Origin: Pseudomonadota bacterium
GTDB lineage: Bacteria > Bdellovibrionota > Bdellovibrionia > Bdellovibrionales > SG-bin7
Assembly: GCA_034439715.1 (NCBI GenBank)
Contig: JAWXAY010000063.1
Span: forward strand, 1 to 40,741
Direction of reading: 5' to 3'
DNA length: 40,741 nucleotides
Below the pieces are notes generated by a model, which made no database searches, had not been told where the DNA came from, and worked only from the letters and a program-made list of their open reading frames with translations. Shown piece by piece: positions 10,236 through 19,577 of this stretch. Every line of letters starts with the position of its first letter. Positions within the stretch are counted from its first letter, which is position 1. A program made the position numbers and the translations under genes.

Positions 10236-12580
10236 TTTCTCCCCGCGGGTTGTAATTTAAGGTTTCTATTTTTAGGAACTTCACTCATATTGCTATAATA
10301 ATTTACTTTTCTGAAATTTCCCTTGCCCCAGTCATTCATATTTAAACTGTAATTTTTATTAAAAGGATTTCCCGATGGGCCTCCTGGCAAAATCATCCAA
10401 GCGCTAGGCTTAACACCTAAAGCGATCACAGCTTTGTAAACTGGACCATGATTTCCTTTATTACTAAATAACGTGAACTCATCCCCCCAAACATTTAAAT
10501 TATCACGTGAAAATCCGGGAATTTTAGCATTGTGCGGAAAGTTAGTGGGTCTTACCTTCCCCCACTGCCAATTTTGAATATCGCTGCCAAACTCAGTAAG
10601 TAATTTGAAGCAGGCCTGATTAAAAGCCTCTGTTATTTGACTGTCTAAAGCATCAAACCACTCAGCCTTCGGATTTTGCAACACTAAATAAGCCAGTGTC
10701 TCGGCCACGGGCCATTCGTAATTTTTTCTATCACCCAGTTTTTTTTGCCAAACTATTTCTTCAAATGTCTTAAACCAAGTCCAAAAAATTGCAGCACCAA
10801 TGGAGTTGGTTTGGTACGAATAATCCCAGTCTTTTAGAGCTTGCAGCGCCAAACTAAACTGTGGTTTTGAAACACCAATTGCCTTTACTACGCGAGCGCG
10901 TAGATCTCGCGGCAAAATCCCCACAACGTCATTTTGCAGATTCATCATATCCTGAGGTGTTATTTTATTTGAGACGGCTAGGTTTTCTTTAATTTTGCGT
11001 GCCCTATAGTTTGAAGCGTGCTCATTACCTAAATAATAGGGATATTCTTTTGTTGCCGGATTCTGATTGGCCGAAAAAACAAAATTTGATTTTGGATTCT
11101 CAGATCTCGGCAACTCAAGAAACGGAATAAATTCTTGAAACGTATTGTTTGTTTTATTGCCATCCATGACATAGCTACCCTGCCCCGATCTTTTAATTGG
11201 AATTTTACCTGTGTGAATGATTCCCATTTTTCCAAAGCGATCAGCGCAAATAAAATTTTGTGAGGGTGACAAATAGTTTTTTAAAAGTTCCAAGCACTCA
11301 TGATAACTAGTTGCTCGGTTAAGTCGCAAAAAAACTCCCTGTTCATTGCTGGCCTCTTGGGCCTGCCACTTAAGAGCGAAACCTCTAACAAGACTATCAT
11401 TAAATACATTATCCTGTTTTTCATAGACCACGGGTCCCAATGGCGTTTGGGCAAAGCTCTCTCTTAAAACACCTGTATCTCTAACTTTAATTTCATAACC
11501 AATCTGGTGACCTGCCCTGGCGTTAGCCTGATACCAATCAAAAGTGTCCGCAGTCGCATTAGTAACTGCCCACGCCAGATTTTTATTGAATCCTAAAGTT
11601 ATTCCGGGAGTTCCCGGAATACTCACTCCGTAAACATTTTGCGTAGGGGTTGTCAGTTGTATCTCGTACCATAGATTGGGAAGTCGGTAAGTGAGATGCG
11701 TATCATTGGCGATAATAGGGAAACCCGTGGCAGTTTTTTTACCGCTTACGGCCCAGTTGTTGCTGCCATTCCCCCGCTCCGGTTCAACGTACCTTCCCAG
11801 CTCTTCAACAGAGAAAATATCAGGAGTAAAATCGGACTGATTATCAGAATTTTTTTTAATATCGCCATTGATATACTCAAACGGAGTTGAAAAGTAGGGC
11901 AACTCTGGAAAGATTTCTAAAAGTTTTTTATAGGGATATCGGGTCAAGTTACGTGACATCTTTGCGTCAGAACTTTTACCCGTCAGAGTGAAATCCATCA
12001 TTTTAACTATGTATGCAGAATAGATCGAGCGCCAGCGTCGGGGCTTCAGATTAAATATTTTATACTCAGGTGGATAGTCCCGGTAAGCAAGAGGCAAAAT
12101 ATAAGCATTAACACCAAGCGCATAGGCTTCGACAGCCTGTTTTGTAATGGGATCACTGAGCATTTTTTCGTGGGACTTAAGGGCGGCATCTCTTAATCCT
12201 GAGCGAATAAAAAAGCGATCGGAGTCTATCGTTCGCGCGCCAAAAATTTCAGAAAGTGAACCTTCTGCAACACGCGATTGGATTTCCATTTGCCACAGAC
12301 GATCCCTTGCTGTGATAAAGCCCTGTGCAAAATAAAGATCACTCTCGTTTTGAGAGGATATGTGGGGAATAAAATGGTCATCAAAATGCACCGAAGCGGG
12401 TTCGATAAGACCGTCTAAGCGCAAATCCCGAAATTTTTCATTCTTATCGCCGTTGACCCAAAGACCGTTAAAGGGGTCTAAAATTTTCATCACCGGGGGT
12501 AGGTTCCCCCAGTGACTGTTAAGAATCCAATAACTAGAAATTAAGAGCGAGGTCGATAAGAGAAATCTTATCCACTTCAT
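10232..12580 (-). CDS. Penicillin acylase family Ntn hydrolase (peptidase S45), N-terminally anchored
   Basis: IPHI, AQG-x4-DRLWQM, GSNNW autocleavage site, ANDTHL, SANQ, PGGPSG. Confidence 0.9.
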   Translation of the reverse strand: MKWIRFLLSTSLLISSYWILNSHWGNLPPVMKILDPFNGLWVNGDKNEKFRDLRLDGLIEPASVHFDDHFIPHISSQNESDLYFAQGFITARDRLWQMEIQSRVAEGSLSEIFGARTIDSDRFFIRSGLRDAALKSHEKMLSDPITKQAVEAYALGVNAYILPLAYRDYPPEYKIFNLKPRRWRSIYSAYIVKMMDFTLTGKSSDAKMSRNLTRYPYKKLLEIFPELPYFSTPFEYINGDIKKNSDNQSDFTPDIFSVEELGRYVEPERGNGSNNWAVSGKKTATGFPIIANDTHLTYRLPNLWYEIQLTTPTQNVYGVSIPGTPGITLGFNKNLAWAVTNATADTFDWYQANARAGHQIGYEIKVRDTGVLRESFAQTPLGPVVYEKQDNVFNDSLVRGFALKWQAQEASNEQGVFLRLNRATSYHECLELLKNYLSPSQNFICADRFGKMGIIHTGKIPIKRSGQGSYVMDGNKTNNTFQEFIPFLELPRSENPKSNFVFSANQNPATKEYPYYLGNEHASNYRARKIKENLAVSNKITPQDMMNLQNDVVGILPRDLRARVVKAIGVSKPQFSLALQALKDWDYSYQTNSIGAAIFWTWFKTFEEIVWQKKLGDRKNYEWPVAETLAYLVLQNPKAEWFDALDSQITEAFNQACFKLLTEFGSDIQNWQWGKVRPTNFPHNAKIPGFSRDNLNVWGDEFTLFSNKGNHGPVYKAVIALGVKPSAWMILPGGPSGNPFNKNYSLNMNDWGKGNFRKVNYYSNMSEVPKNRNLKLQPAGRK

Positions 12581-13575
12581 TAAAGGCTAATGTTAGCCAA
12601 TAGATAGTATTCAGATTCAGCGTCGGCCATATAAGTATACCTAGGCTGTGCGGCTCGAGATTCGCTATTTCTATCCTGATTTAACCCCATTTCAAATCCG
12701 ACTTTTTCAGCCGCTTGAAATGTAAAATAACTCGTAACCGAAAAAACATCACTGCTGTTTGAAGGAACACTTTGGCCGCGATCGCTATACTTGTATCCAT
12801 TAGCGTAGGACAACAGTTGAACAAAGGCCCATTTTTTATTTATTTTATATTCAAGACCAACTAAGTGAGACATGTCATACCTGGCATTACCATCGATAGT
12901 GTTAACCTGATCTGCCGGTAAATTATCTGCAGGTTTACTACTTGGTTTTCCAATAACTTTAGTCAGCTTTGCATCCTTTACTTGGTAGGCCGTTCTATGC
13001 GCCTGGAAAGAATTCGTATAGGTACCTTCAATAATACCTGTAAGGCGAGTGCCCAAGGGGCGAGTAAAAAAAAGATCCAAAAAGGCCATTCCATTTGATG
13101 CCAGTAAGCGCGAAGACTCACTTGTAGGAAGATAATATCTGCCAGTTGTAGTTAGACTCCAATCATGATTTAGGGTGATACCTGGTTTAGAGACTTCTAA
13201 AATCAAATCGCCAGCAGAAACTTTAGAGACTTCAGTGTCCACATTATAGGTGTTAGTCCAAGTTGGCTTGATGGCTACTGTGGCGGGTCCCAAATTGTAA
13301 CCGAAGGTAAAGCGATTTCGGTTTACCACGGCACCAGTGCCATTATCGGCAGCGACTCGTGGGTAAAGAGCTCTTGAACTAAGGGCGACCTTCCAAGCTT
13401 TTTTCTTAGCTTCCGGTGCGACCGTTGCCACTGGCGCTGAGGTTTGGCCTTCGCTAGGTGTTGTTTCAATAGCAACTGGAGCCACTGGTGCAGGAGCTGT
13501 CGTTTGTGATTCTTCCGCAAAACTTGCGACAGCAGTTAAGAGAACTAAAGTTCCCGTTAATATTTTCAGATTCAT
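12580..13575 (-). CDS. Exported protein, probable outer-membrane beta-barrel
   Basis: Signal peptide ending ASFA, Ala/Pro/Thr linker, alternating beta-strands, C-terminal YYLLANISL; GGGGAGG RBS; TAATG overlap with the acylase start. Confidence 0.7.
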   Translation of the reverse strand: MNLKILTGTLVLLTAVASFAEESQTTAPAPVAPVAIETTPSEGQTSAPVATVAPEAKKKAWKVALSSRALYPRVAADNGTGAVVNRNRFTFGYNLGPATVAIKPTWTNTYNVDTEVSKVSAGDLILEVSKPGITLNHDWSLTTTGRYYLPTSESSRLLASNGMAFLDLFFTRPLGTRLTGIIEGTYTNSFQAHRTAYQVKDAKLTKVIGKPSSKPADNLPADQVNTIDGNARYDMSHLVGLEYKINKKWAFVQLLSYANGYKYSDRGQSVPSNSSDVFSVTSYFTFQAAEKVGFEMGLNQDRNSESRAAQPRYTYMADAESEYYLLANISL

Positions 13576-13650
13576 TTTGTTTTCCTCCCCGGAAATTTAA
13601 ATTTATATTTCGATTCCAATGCTTTTTAATGTTTTCTAATGTTTTGTAAA

Positions 13651-13666
13651 AGCAAAGTGTGTGCCA
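13651..13666 (-). promoter_or_regulatory. Sigma54 (-24/-12) promoter
   Basis: Minus strand reads TGGCAC-ACACT-TTGCT, matching the consensus, 76 nt upstream of ATG 13575. Confidence 0.8.
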
Positions 13667-13716
13667 CGGATTTAGTAGCATTTCGCACCGATTCCATCCA
13701 TCGGGTTTTTTTATTG

Positions 13717-13745
13717 TTGCAATGCAGCTTTTCTGCTGATAGTTT
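13717..13745 (+). promoter_or_regulatory. Sigma70-like promoter for tRNA-Val
   Basis: TTGCAA-N17-TAGTTT. Confidence 0.45.
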
Positions 13746-13763
13746 TGAAAAAGTTTTAATTGT

Positions 13764-13840
<77 letters not shown>

Positions 13841-13862
13841 GTTTTTGCTTTTTTTATTAGCA

Positions 13863-14291
13863 CTAAGTGCCGGTTTTAATCTGTAGGTAGTTCTCTTTTA
13901 AGAGCTGATTGACTATTAGATACAATAAATCACGCATACTAACCATGCCCACCAATTTACCACTGTCGCTCAATACGGGTAGATGTCGAATGTACCTGGT
14001 GGCTGTTATATAAACAACATCGGAGAGTGAAAGATCAGCCGTCACCGTTATCACGGGAGACGTCATCACTTCTGATACTTTGGTTTTATCTACATCATAC
14101 CGCTTTGGGAGTACTTTTGACACCAAATCACGTTCAGAAAAAACTCCCACAATGTTCTTGTCTTCTAAAACCACTACGCAACCGACGTTTGAGGTGCGCA
14201 TTTTATTGGTAGCCTGCCAGATGCTTATATCAGACTCAACCGTCACAATCTTTTTGTTCATCACATCTTTTACGGTTTGATTTCTAAACAT
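13863..14291 (-). CDS. Stand-alone CBS-pair protein
   Basis: VKDVM...VGVFSERD...VSEVMT...IRHLPV...GMVSMRD. Confidence 0.9.
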   Translation of the reverse strand: MFRNQTVKDVMNKKIVTVESDISIWQATNKMRTSNVGCVVVLEDKNIVGVFSERDLVSKVLPKRYDVDKTKVSEVMTSPVITVTADLSLSDVVYITATRYIRHLPVLSDSGKLVGMVSMRDLLYLIVNQLLKENYLQIKTGT

Positions 14292-14377
14292 GTTTTCTTA
14301 TCGGAATTCTATTTCTTGAACAAAATAATTTTGATTAAAAAAGAAAGATCGCCGACCGTTCTAGACTAAAATCCGTA

Positions 14378-15334
14378 CTAATAGAGCTCTATTCTATCAT
14401 TTTCATTGATACCAGCGCCTGAATGAAGGACGGCGATGGCCCCATCTTTACCAAAATAACTAACAAGCTCGACGGTCCCTTTCATTCGACCTGGTACATG
14501 CCCGATAAAAATGCCAGAGTCAGGATCATAAACCTCTTGGCTCTCCTCCGTCACTTTTAAGACATCGCCAATTTGCAGACCCGAAAGCCTTCCGGCGTTA
14601 ATGTAATACTGGTCGCCCTTTACGAGTGCTACTCGCCCTTCCCAAGATAGCTTATCAATCGATTGAGCCATAGGACGAATGGTCGACTTTAAGGCCTTTA
14701 TGACAACGTCGCCTACAAGTTTGGGATCGTCGAGTAAATCACGATTAGACGGTGTCTGCTCACCAATTCTCGTAGAGGTAGATTGAATCTGGGCTTCTTT
14801 GACGGTGCTCAAAAGTTCTTTGCCATTTTTAGCAGATACAATTCGAATTTGAATTCTCCCATTAACCTGGGCGCCTATTTTTCGAAACACTCCGATGTCA
14901 TTACCCAACTTTTTGGCATGTATCTCTAAAATTTTGGTTTCAATAATAGCAGCTATTCCCATGCCATTGGCAATCTTCGCCATGGACTCAACATCATATT
15001 GAAAGTTATTTAAAAACTGAGAAATGTCTTTCGGAAAATCATCATTGTTAACGATCACAAATCTCTCAGTACTACTCAGCCAACTTACGAGAGCGCTCCT
15101 GGCAGAGAGTGTCAGCTGTTGATTAGGTCCACCAGAGGCCGAGCGCACGCCAGAAACATCTATAAAAGGCAGCACCATGATGCGCTTTCTGGGACTATCC
15201 TCTCGGGCTTCAGTAGGTACGTTTTTTTCCATCGGACCTGGTTGTGAACTAACTGCCGACCGCCGCTGCCATATAGAACATGAGGTCAGAGCTAGACCCA
15301 ACAACAGCATGACAAATTTTTTGCTTTGGCTCAT
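14378..15334 (-). CDS. Lipoprotein with CsgG/TolB_N-like domain and FlgT-C-like tail
   Basis: LTSC lipobox; KRIMVLPF...ERF-x-V; C-terminal YINAG-x2-SGL-x2-GD-x-L-x-V. Confidence 0.65.
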   Translation of the reverse strand: MSQSKKFVMLLLGLALTSCSIWQRRSAVSSQPGPMEKNVPTEAREDSPRKRIMVLPFIDVSGVRSASGGPNQQLTLSARSALVSWLSSTERFVIVNNDDFPKDISQFLNNFQYDVESMAKIANGMGIAAIIETKILEIHAKKLGNDIGVFRKIGAQVNGRIQIRIVSAKNGKELLSTVKEAQIQSTSTRIGEQTPSNRDLLDDPKLVGDVVIKALKSTIRPMAQSIDKLSWEGRVALVKGDQYYINAGRLSGLQIGDVLKVTEESQEVYDPDSGIFIGHVPGRMKGTVELVSYFGKDGAIAVLHSGAGINENDRIELY

Positions 15335-15359
15335 GTTGCTATTTTATCCTTGTTGAGAC

Positions 15360-16541
15360 TTATGTGCCAGTCATTTTTATTTCGATCGATTCATTATTCA
15401 CGTTGTCTAGTTGTAATTTCAGTCCCTCTGTACCTATTCGGCTAAGTCGCTCGCCTAGACTTTCACTGCTGACAGTGGTGTCCACCTCAAACGTTACAGA
15501 TTGGGCGTCAAACGCACGCTCACGAATTGATTTAATATCAGTGACCTTTGTCTGAATCAACTCTCGAAATTTATTTACATTTCCATAGGAAATATCACCT
15601 CGAAGAGTCAGTTTAACCAGCCGAGCACCAAAAGTACCCCGCTGCCAGGCTTCCTTAAGTTGAGCCGCTAAATCACCGGCAACCTCAGCTAAACCAGAAT
15701 CCAGTTTTGAACCCACCACTCTCTCAAAAGCTCCCGGCTCGGTATCTATAGTTCTGGTTATTTCAGCTACAACCCGACCATTGCCAGTATGTAAAGCGGT
15801 TGCCCTCACCTGAATGCGAAAGGCCTCCGTCTTCTCGGAATTGTTTTCTATTCGAATTTCTCCCTTAACTACCAACTGACTTTTGAAAAATTCTCCTAAA
15901 AAAAAGTAGTCTTCCATTCTAAGAGTATCGAGCTGATAGACCTGTGGAATTAAGTTTTTCTCTCCGGTTGAAAGGGGATTTTTTAAATAAAATCCGTTAT
16001 TCGCCAGTCGTAACCCTAGCTCACGATAAAAACTACTAATTTTTTGCTGCAATACCCCACTCTTATTTTTTTCTACCTCTGGCACCCACCATCGATAGGC
16101 TGTTAAGTGGGGCTTATCAATTATAGAAATCATAGGAAGGACCACCGGCGGACCTTCGTGTTCATACAGAAGTCCTCGTTCGAGTAAAAGTTTTTTAAGA
16201 TTCATTAATGAAAACTTCATGCTGACACTCATCTGTTTACCTAGATTTGTACTTTCAATCTTGCCGTGATTATACAACAGAATATATTTACCCGAATCCT
16301 TTAGGATTTTGGTTTTTATTAATTGAAGGTTCTTTTGAACCTTTTTGTCGCCGATCATTTCAGATATTTGCTTAAGAGTTACTCTTTCAACCACCAACTC
16401 ATGAATTTCACGTCGGGCCAAAGTGGGATCGTTAGACTTACTTAAACCTATCTCTGTGATTTCGAGAAGCTCCTGGGCTGAACCTACATCAACCCCAATA
16501 TTTAAAAATAACGAAAATATACCAATTAAAAAATGCCCCAA
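15360..16541 (-). CDS. Exported hypothetical protein (FlgT-N/DUF2066-like layout)
   Basis: 393-aa ORF, signal-like N-terminus, AAGGAGG RBS before the TTG start; family assignment tentative. Confidence 0.6.
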   Translation of the reverse strand: MGHFLIGIFSLFLNIGVDVGSAQELLEITEIGLSKSNDPTLARREIHELVVERVTLKQISEMIGDKKVQKNLQLIKTKILKDSGKYILLYNHGKIESTNLGKQMSVSMKFSLMNLKKLLLERGLLYEHEGPPVVLPMISIIDKPHLTAYRWWVPEVEKNKSGVLQQKISSFYRELGLRLANNGFYLKNPLSTGEKNLIPQVYQLDTLRMEDYFFLGEFFKSQLVVKGEIRIENNSEKTEAFRIQVRATALHTGNGRVVAEITRTIDTEPGAFERVVGSKLDSGLAEVAGDLAAQLKEAWQRGTFGARLVKLTLRGDISYGNVNKFRELIQTKVTDIKSIRERAFDAQSVTFEVDTTVSSESLGERLSRIGTEGLKLQLDNVNNESIEIKMTGT

Positions 16542-16609
16542 AAAAACCTCCTTAAAGCGATGTCTAGAATATTTAACTAGGATAAAGGCCTTAAGTCCAC
16601 ATCAAAAAC

Positions 16610-17593
16610 TCATCGTGCTCGAATAGCCCGAGTGAGTTGTACGGCGTATTGGGTCACGCCTTCTTTTTTAAAAATTCGGACAATTGACCCCTCAAAGCTT
16701 AAGGGCTCATCAGAGAGGATTTTTACTTCTCCGGTGACTTTATCGCCTTCTTTGAGTGCTGGCGAATTTCCACCAACTAAAGTTTTTAACAACATTCCGA
16801 ATTCACTATAATTGATGGTCTCCATAGGCCAAACATTGCCCTGCACTCTTAAATCCACAGGAACTCGCCCTTCAAATCGTACCGCAATACGTCTTGAATC
16901 GTCATCTTGGAGAAAACGATGCTCAGTTTTTTTGAGCTTTTTGACGGCATGAACAATCCTACCTGGAAGCTCTACTGCCGAAAGTGATTTTTCATAGACA
17001 CAACCTGTATCTACATTAATTCTTTGCGGAAGAATCTCTACTTTATCCACGGGAGTGTGGCCATGAACAATCAACTTACTCCACTGAAATTTACTCTTAA
17101 AAAACTCATCACGAATCCAAAGTAAAATCTGGCGGTGGAGAACTGGCACGATGCGGTCTAGCGGCACGTCCGGCACTCCTGCGTGCACAAAAAAAGTATC
17201 ATTGGTCTGGGTAAATAGGGGTAGACTGTTAAAAAACTCCAAATGATCGTCAGGAATAAAATATTTACCTTGGCGATTGGCGTAGCTAAAAAGCGTCGCT
17301 CCACCACCATTATAAATAAACGCCCCAGCATCGGCAGAAGTTGAATCCTTTAAAAAATCGAGAAACATAGCTTCGTGATTTCCCAAAATTGCCGTTATCT
17401 TGTAATAATTTTTGAAATTAAGTATGATATCGACCACGCCTCGTGCGTTAATACCTCGATCAATATAGTCGCCTAAAAATATGACTTGAGAATTCGCAGT
17501 CAGGGGCAAACGCTCGAGTAAAAGCTGTAATTCATCGGCACAGCCGTGAATATCGCCAATCGCAAAAATTTTTTCTCTACCTAGACTTACCAT
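16610..17593 (-). CDS. Metallophosphoesterase (PPP/PrpA-like) fused to a C-terminal PilZ domain
   Basis: GDIHG, GDYIDRG, GNHE, HAG, HGHTP, DTG; then RIAVR (RxxxR) and NYSEFG ([DN]xSxxG); ATG 17593 preferred. Confidence 0.85.
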   Translation of the reverse strand: MVSLGREKIFAIGDIHGCADELQLLLERLPLTANSQVIFLGDYIDRGINARGVVDIILNFKNYYKITAILGNHEAMFLDFLKDSTSADAGAFIYNGGGATLFSYANRQGKYFIPDDHLEFFNSLPLFTQTNDTFFVHAGVPDVPLDRIVPVLHRQILLWIRDEFFKSKFQWSKLIVHGHTPVDKVEILPQRINVDTGCVYEKSLSAVELPGRIVHAVKKLKKTEHRFLQDDDSRRIAVRFEGRVPVDLRVQGNVWPMETINYSEFGMLLKTLVGGNSPALKEGDKVTGEVKILSDEPLSFEGSIVRIFKKEGVTQYAVQLTRAIRAR

Positions 17594-17730
17594 AGAGATA
17601 CCATATCTTAAGTGCCTCACTGTGAGAATTTGTTTCGATAATCGCTATTTTGAACCAACCTTTTCGCTCTTACAAGGTTTAATAAACCGCAATATATGAC
17701 GATAGGATTCTCGAGGAACTACTACCTTTT

Positions 17731-19407
17731 TTGGGTGAACAATTGGACAAAACGAATAAAGCAAAAAAAAGCAAAAAAACCGACCATCATGGGCAGTCGG
17801 AAACCCAGAAGCTTCACGCACTCCTCGCCGTTGGGACAGCTTTGTCGAGCGAACGTGAATTTCCCAAAATTCTAGACATGATAATTACTCGCGCTCAACA
17901 GAATACCCACGCTGACGGAGCTAGTGTTTACCTCATAGAAAAAGTGCATCAAGACAGCTTTGGCGGAGCTAGACCTCAATATGTCGAAAAATTAAGATTT
18001 CATAAAATGATCAATCAATCTTTGTCGTCCTCTGTCCCCACAGTACTCCTAGACATTGATAATAACAGTGTTGTCGGGTATGTCGCAAAAAGTGGTAAAT
18101 CAGTACGAATTCGTGATTGTTACACACTTGATAAAAATACGCCTTATCAATTTATGCGTGATCTCGACCGCGCCCTTGGCTATCGCACAAAGTCAGTGTT
18201 AGCTGTTCCCATTAAGACTTCAAAGGGCAAGGTTTTGGGAGTTCTTCAATTGGTTAATAAACTTCGCACCCAAGCCATTATGGCCGATCAACCCAAGCGA
18301 ATTGCCGAAAAATCAATTATTGCTTTTTCAGATCAAGATATGCACCTGATGGAAGCTTTTGCGTCTCAAGCTGCCGTTGCACTCGACAATGCCAAACTGA
18401 CCCAAGACATTGCTAATCTTTTTGAAAGTTTTGTGCGGGCTTCTGTTACGGCTATTGAGTCACGGGACCCAACCACCAGTGGGCACAGCGACCGAGTGGC
18501 GCTATTAACCGTAGACTTTGCTAAAAAAATTGATTTCGTTGAAAGCGGACCGTTCGCTACAATTAATTTTAGTCGCGACCAAATTCGCGAGTTGCGCTAT
18601 GCCGCTCTGTTACATGATTTTGGCAAAATTGGAGTGCGTGAAGATTTATTACTCAAAGGAAAAAAACTTTATCCCCATGAATTAGAAACCGTTTTGTTAA
18701 GGCTCGATGCTATTAAAAACAGGAATGAGTCTACTCTTTGGCGAAATACCGTACAGAACTTGGTGCAAAAAATAAAAGACGGAAACGTTGAAAATATCGA
18801 AGCCGAGTTGGGTCAAGTCCTTTTACAACTAAACGGCTTTAACCAACAACTGGAACAAATTCGCCTCGGCATCTTGAAAGCAAATGAAAGTCAAATTACT
18901 GACAAAGACTTTAACGTGCAGAAATTGCTCCAGTGGATTGAAAGCGCTAGCCGCAATCTAGGCGTTAAACTCGTTAATGAAAATGAATATGAACGCCTGG
19001 CTATTCGAAGAGGCACGCTCTCAGCTCCCGAAAGAAAAGAAATTGAATCTCACGTCAGCCATACTTTTGAATTTTTAAGGCAAATTGCATGGACTGATGA
19101 TCTCTCAAAGGTTCCCGAAATAGCCCATGCTCATCATGAAAAATTAGATGGCACCGGATATCCTCGCGGGCTTTTGCAGGACGAAATTCCAATACAGTCG
19201 CGGATGATGACGATCAGCGATATCTACGATGCTCTGACGGCCATGGACCGTCCCTACAAAAAAGCGGTCAGTACCGAACGTGCGCTCGAAATCTTGCACG
19301 ATGAAGCTAGCGAAGGTAAGTTGGATTCACGTTTGTTAGAAATTTTTATTCAGGGCGAAATTTTTAAGGTTGTCCATCAGTCGCCTTTTGGTAAAAAAGC
19401 TGCCTAA
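17731..19407 (+). CDS. GAF plus HD-GYP cyclic dinucleotide phosphodiesterase
   Basis: GAF with NK...F-x3-D; ESRD...GHS, LHDFGK, HHEKLDGTGYP, DIYDA, RPYK. Confidence 0.9.
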   Translation: MGEQLDKTNKAKKSKKTDHHGQSETQKLHALLAVGTALSSEREFPKILDMIITRAQQNTHADGASVYLIEKVHQDSFGGARPQYVEKLRFHKMINQSLSSSVPTVLLDIDNNSVVGYVAKSGKSVRIRDCYTLDKNTPYQFMRDLDRALGYRTKSVLAVPIKTSKGKVLGVLQLVNKLRTQAIMADQPKRIAEKSIIAFSDQDMHLMEAFASQAAVALDNAKLTQDIANLFESFVRASVTAIESRDPTTSGHSDRVALLTVDFAKKIDFVESGPFATINFSRDQIRELRYAALLHDFGKIGVREDLLLKGKKLYPHELETVLLRLDAIKNRNESTLWRNTVQNLVQKIKDGNVENIEAELGQVLLQLNGFNQQLEQIRLGILKANESQITDKDFNVQKLLQWIESASRNLGVKLVNENEYERLAIRRGTLSAPERKEIESHVSHTFEFLRQIAWTDDLSKVPEIAHAHHEKLDGTGYPRGLLQDEIPIQSRMMTISDIYDALTAMDRPYKKAVSTERALEILHDEASEGKLDSRLLEIFIQGEIFKVVHQSPFGKKAA

Positions 19408-19410
19408 ACT

Positions 19411-19506
19411 TCAAAGTCCATAAAAAAAGGCAAGACTCACAATAAGGCTTATCGCAAACACTTTTAGGCCGAATAGCGCTATTTCCTTCACCGCCATGTC
19501 ATTCAT
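19411..19506 (-). CDS. Putative 31-aa single-pass membrane peptide
   Basis: MNDMAVKEIALFGLKVFAISLIVSLAFFYGL fills the intergenic gap; GTCGATAA lies 7 nt before the ATG. Confidence 0.35.
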   Translation of the reverse strand: MNDMAVKEIALFGLKVFAISLIVSLAFFYGL

Positions 19507-19577
19507 AAGATTCTTATCGACAACACTCTTTAAATAATTCATTGACCTTGGTCGGGTTTTGGAGAAATTTAACAGAT

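Noticed and set aside
13688..13712. CCGAT/ATCGG hairpin with a T-run upstream of the tRNA
   Set aside because: 5-bp stem and no plus-strand gene upstream; no riboswitch consensus recognised; may be just an A/T-rich UP element
17679..17705. TTAAT-N14-GACGATAG as a FliA promoter for the HD-GYP gene
   Set aside because: Mismatches in both boxes; too weak to call
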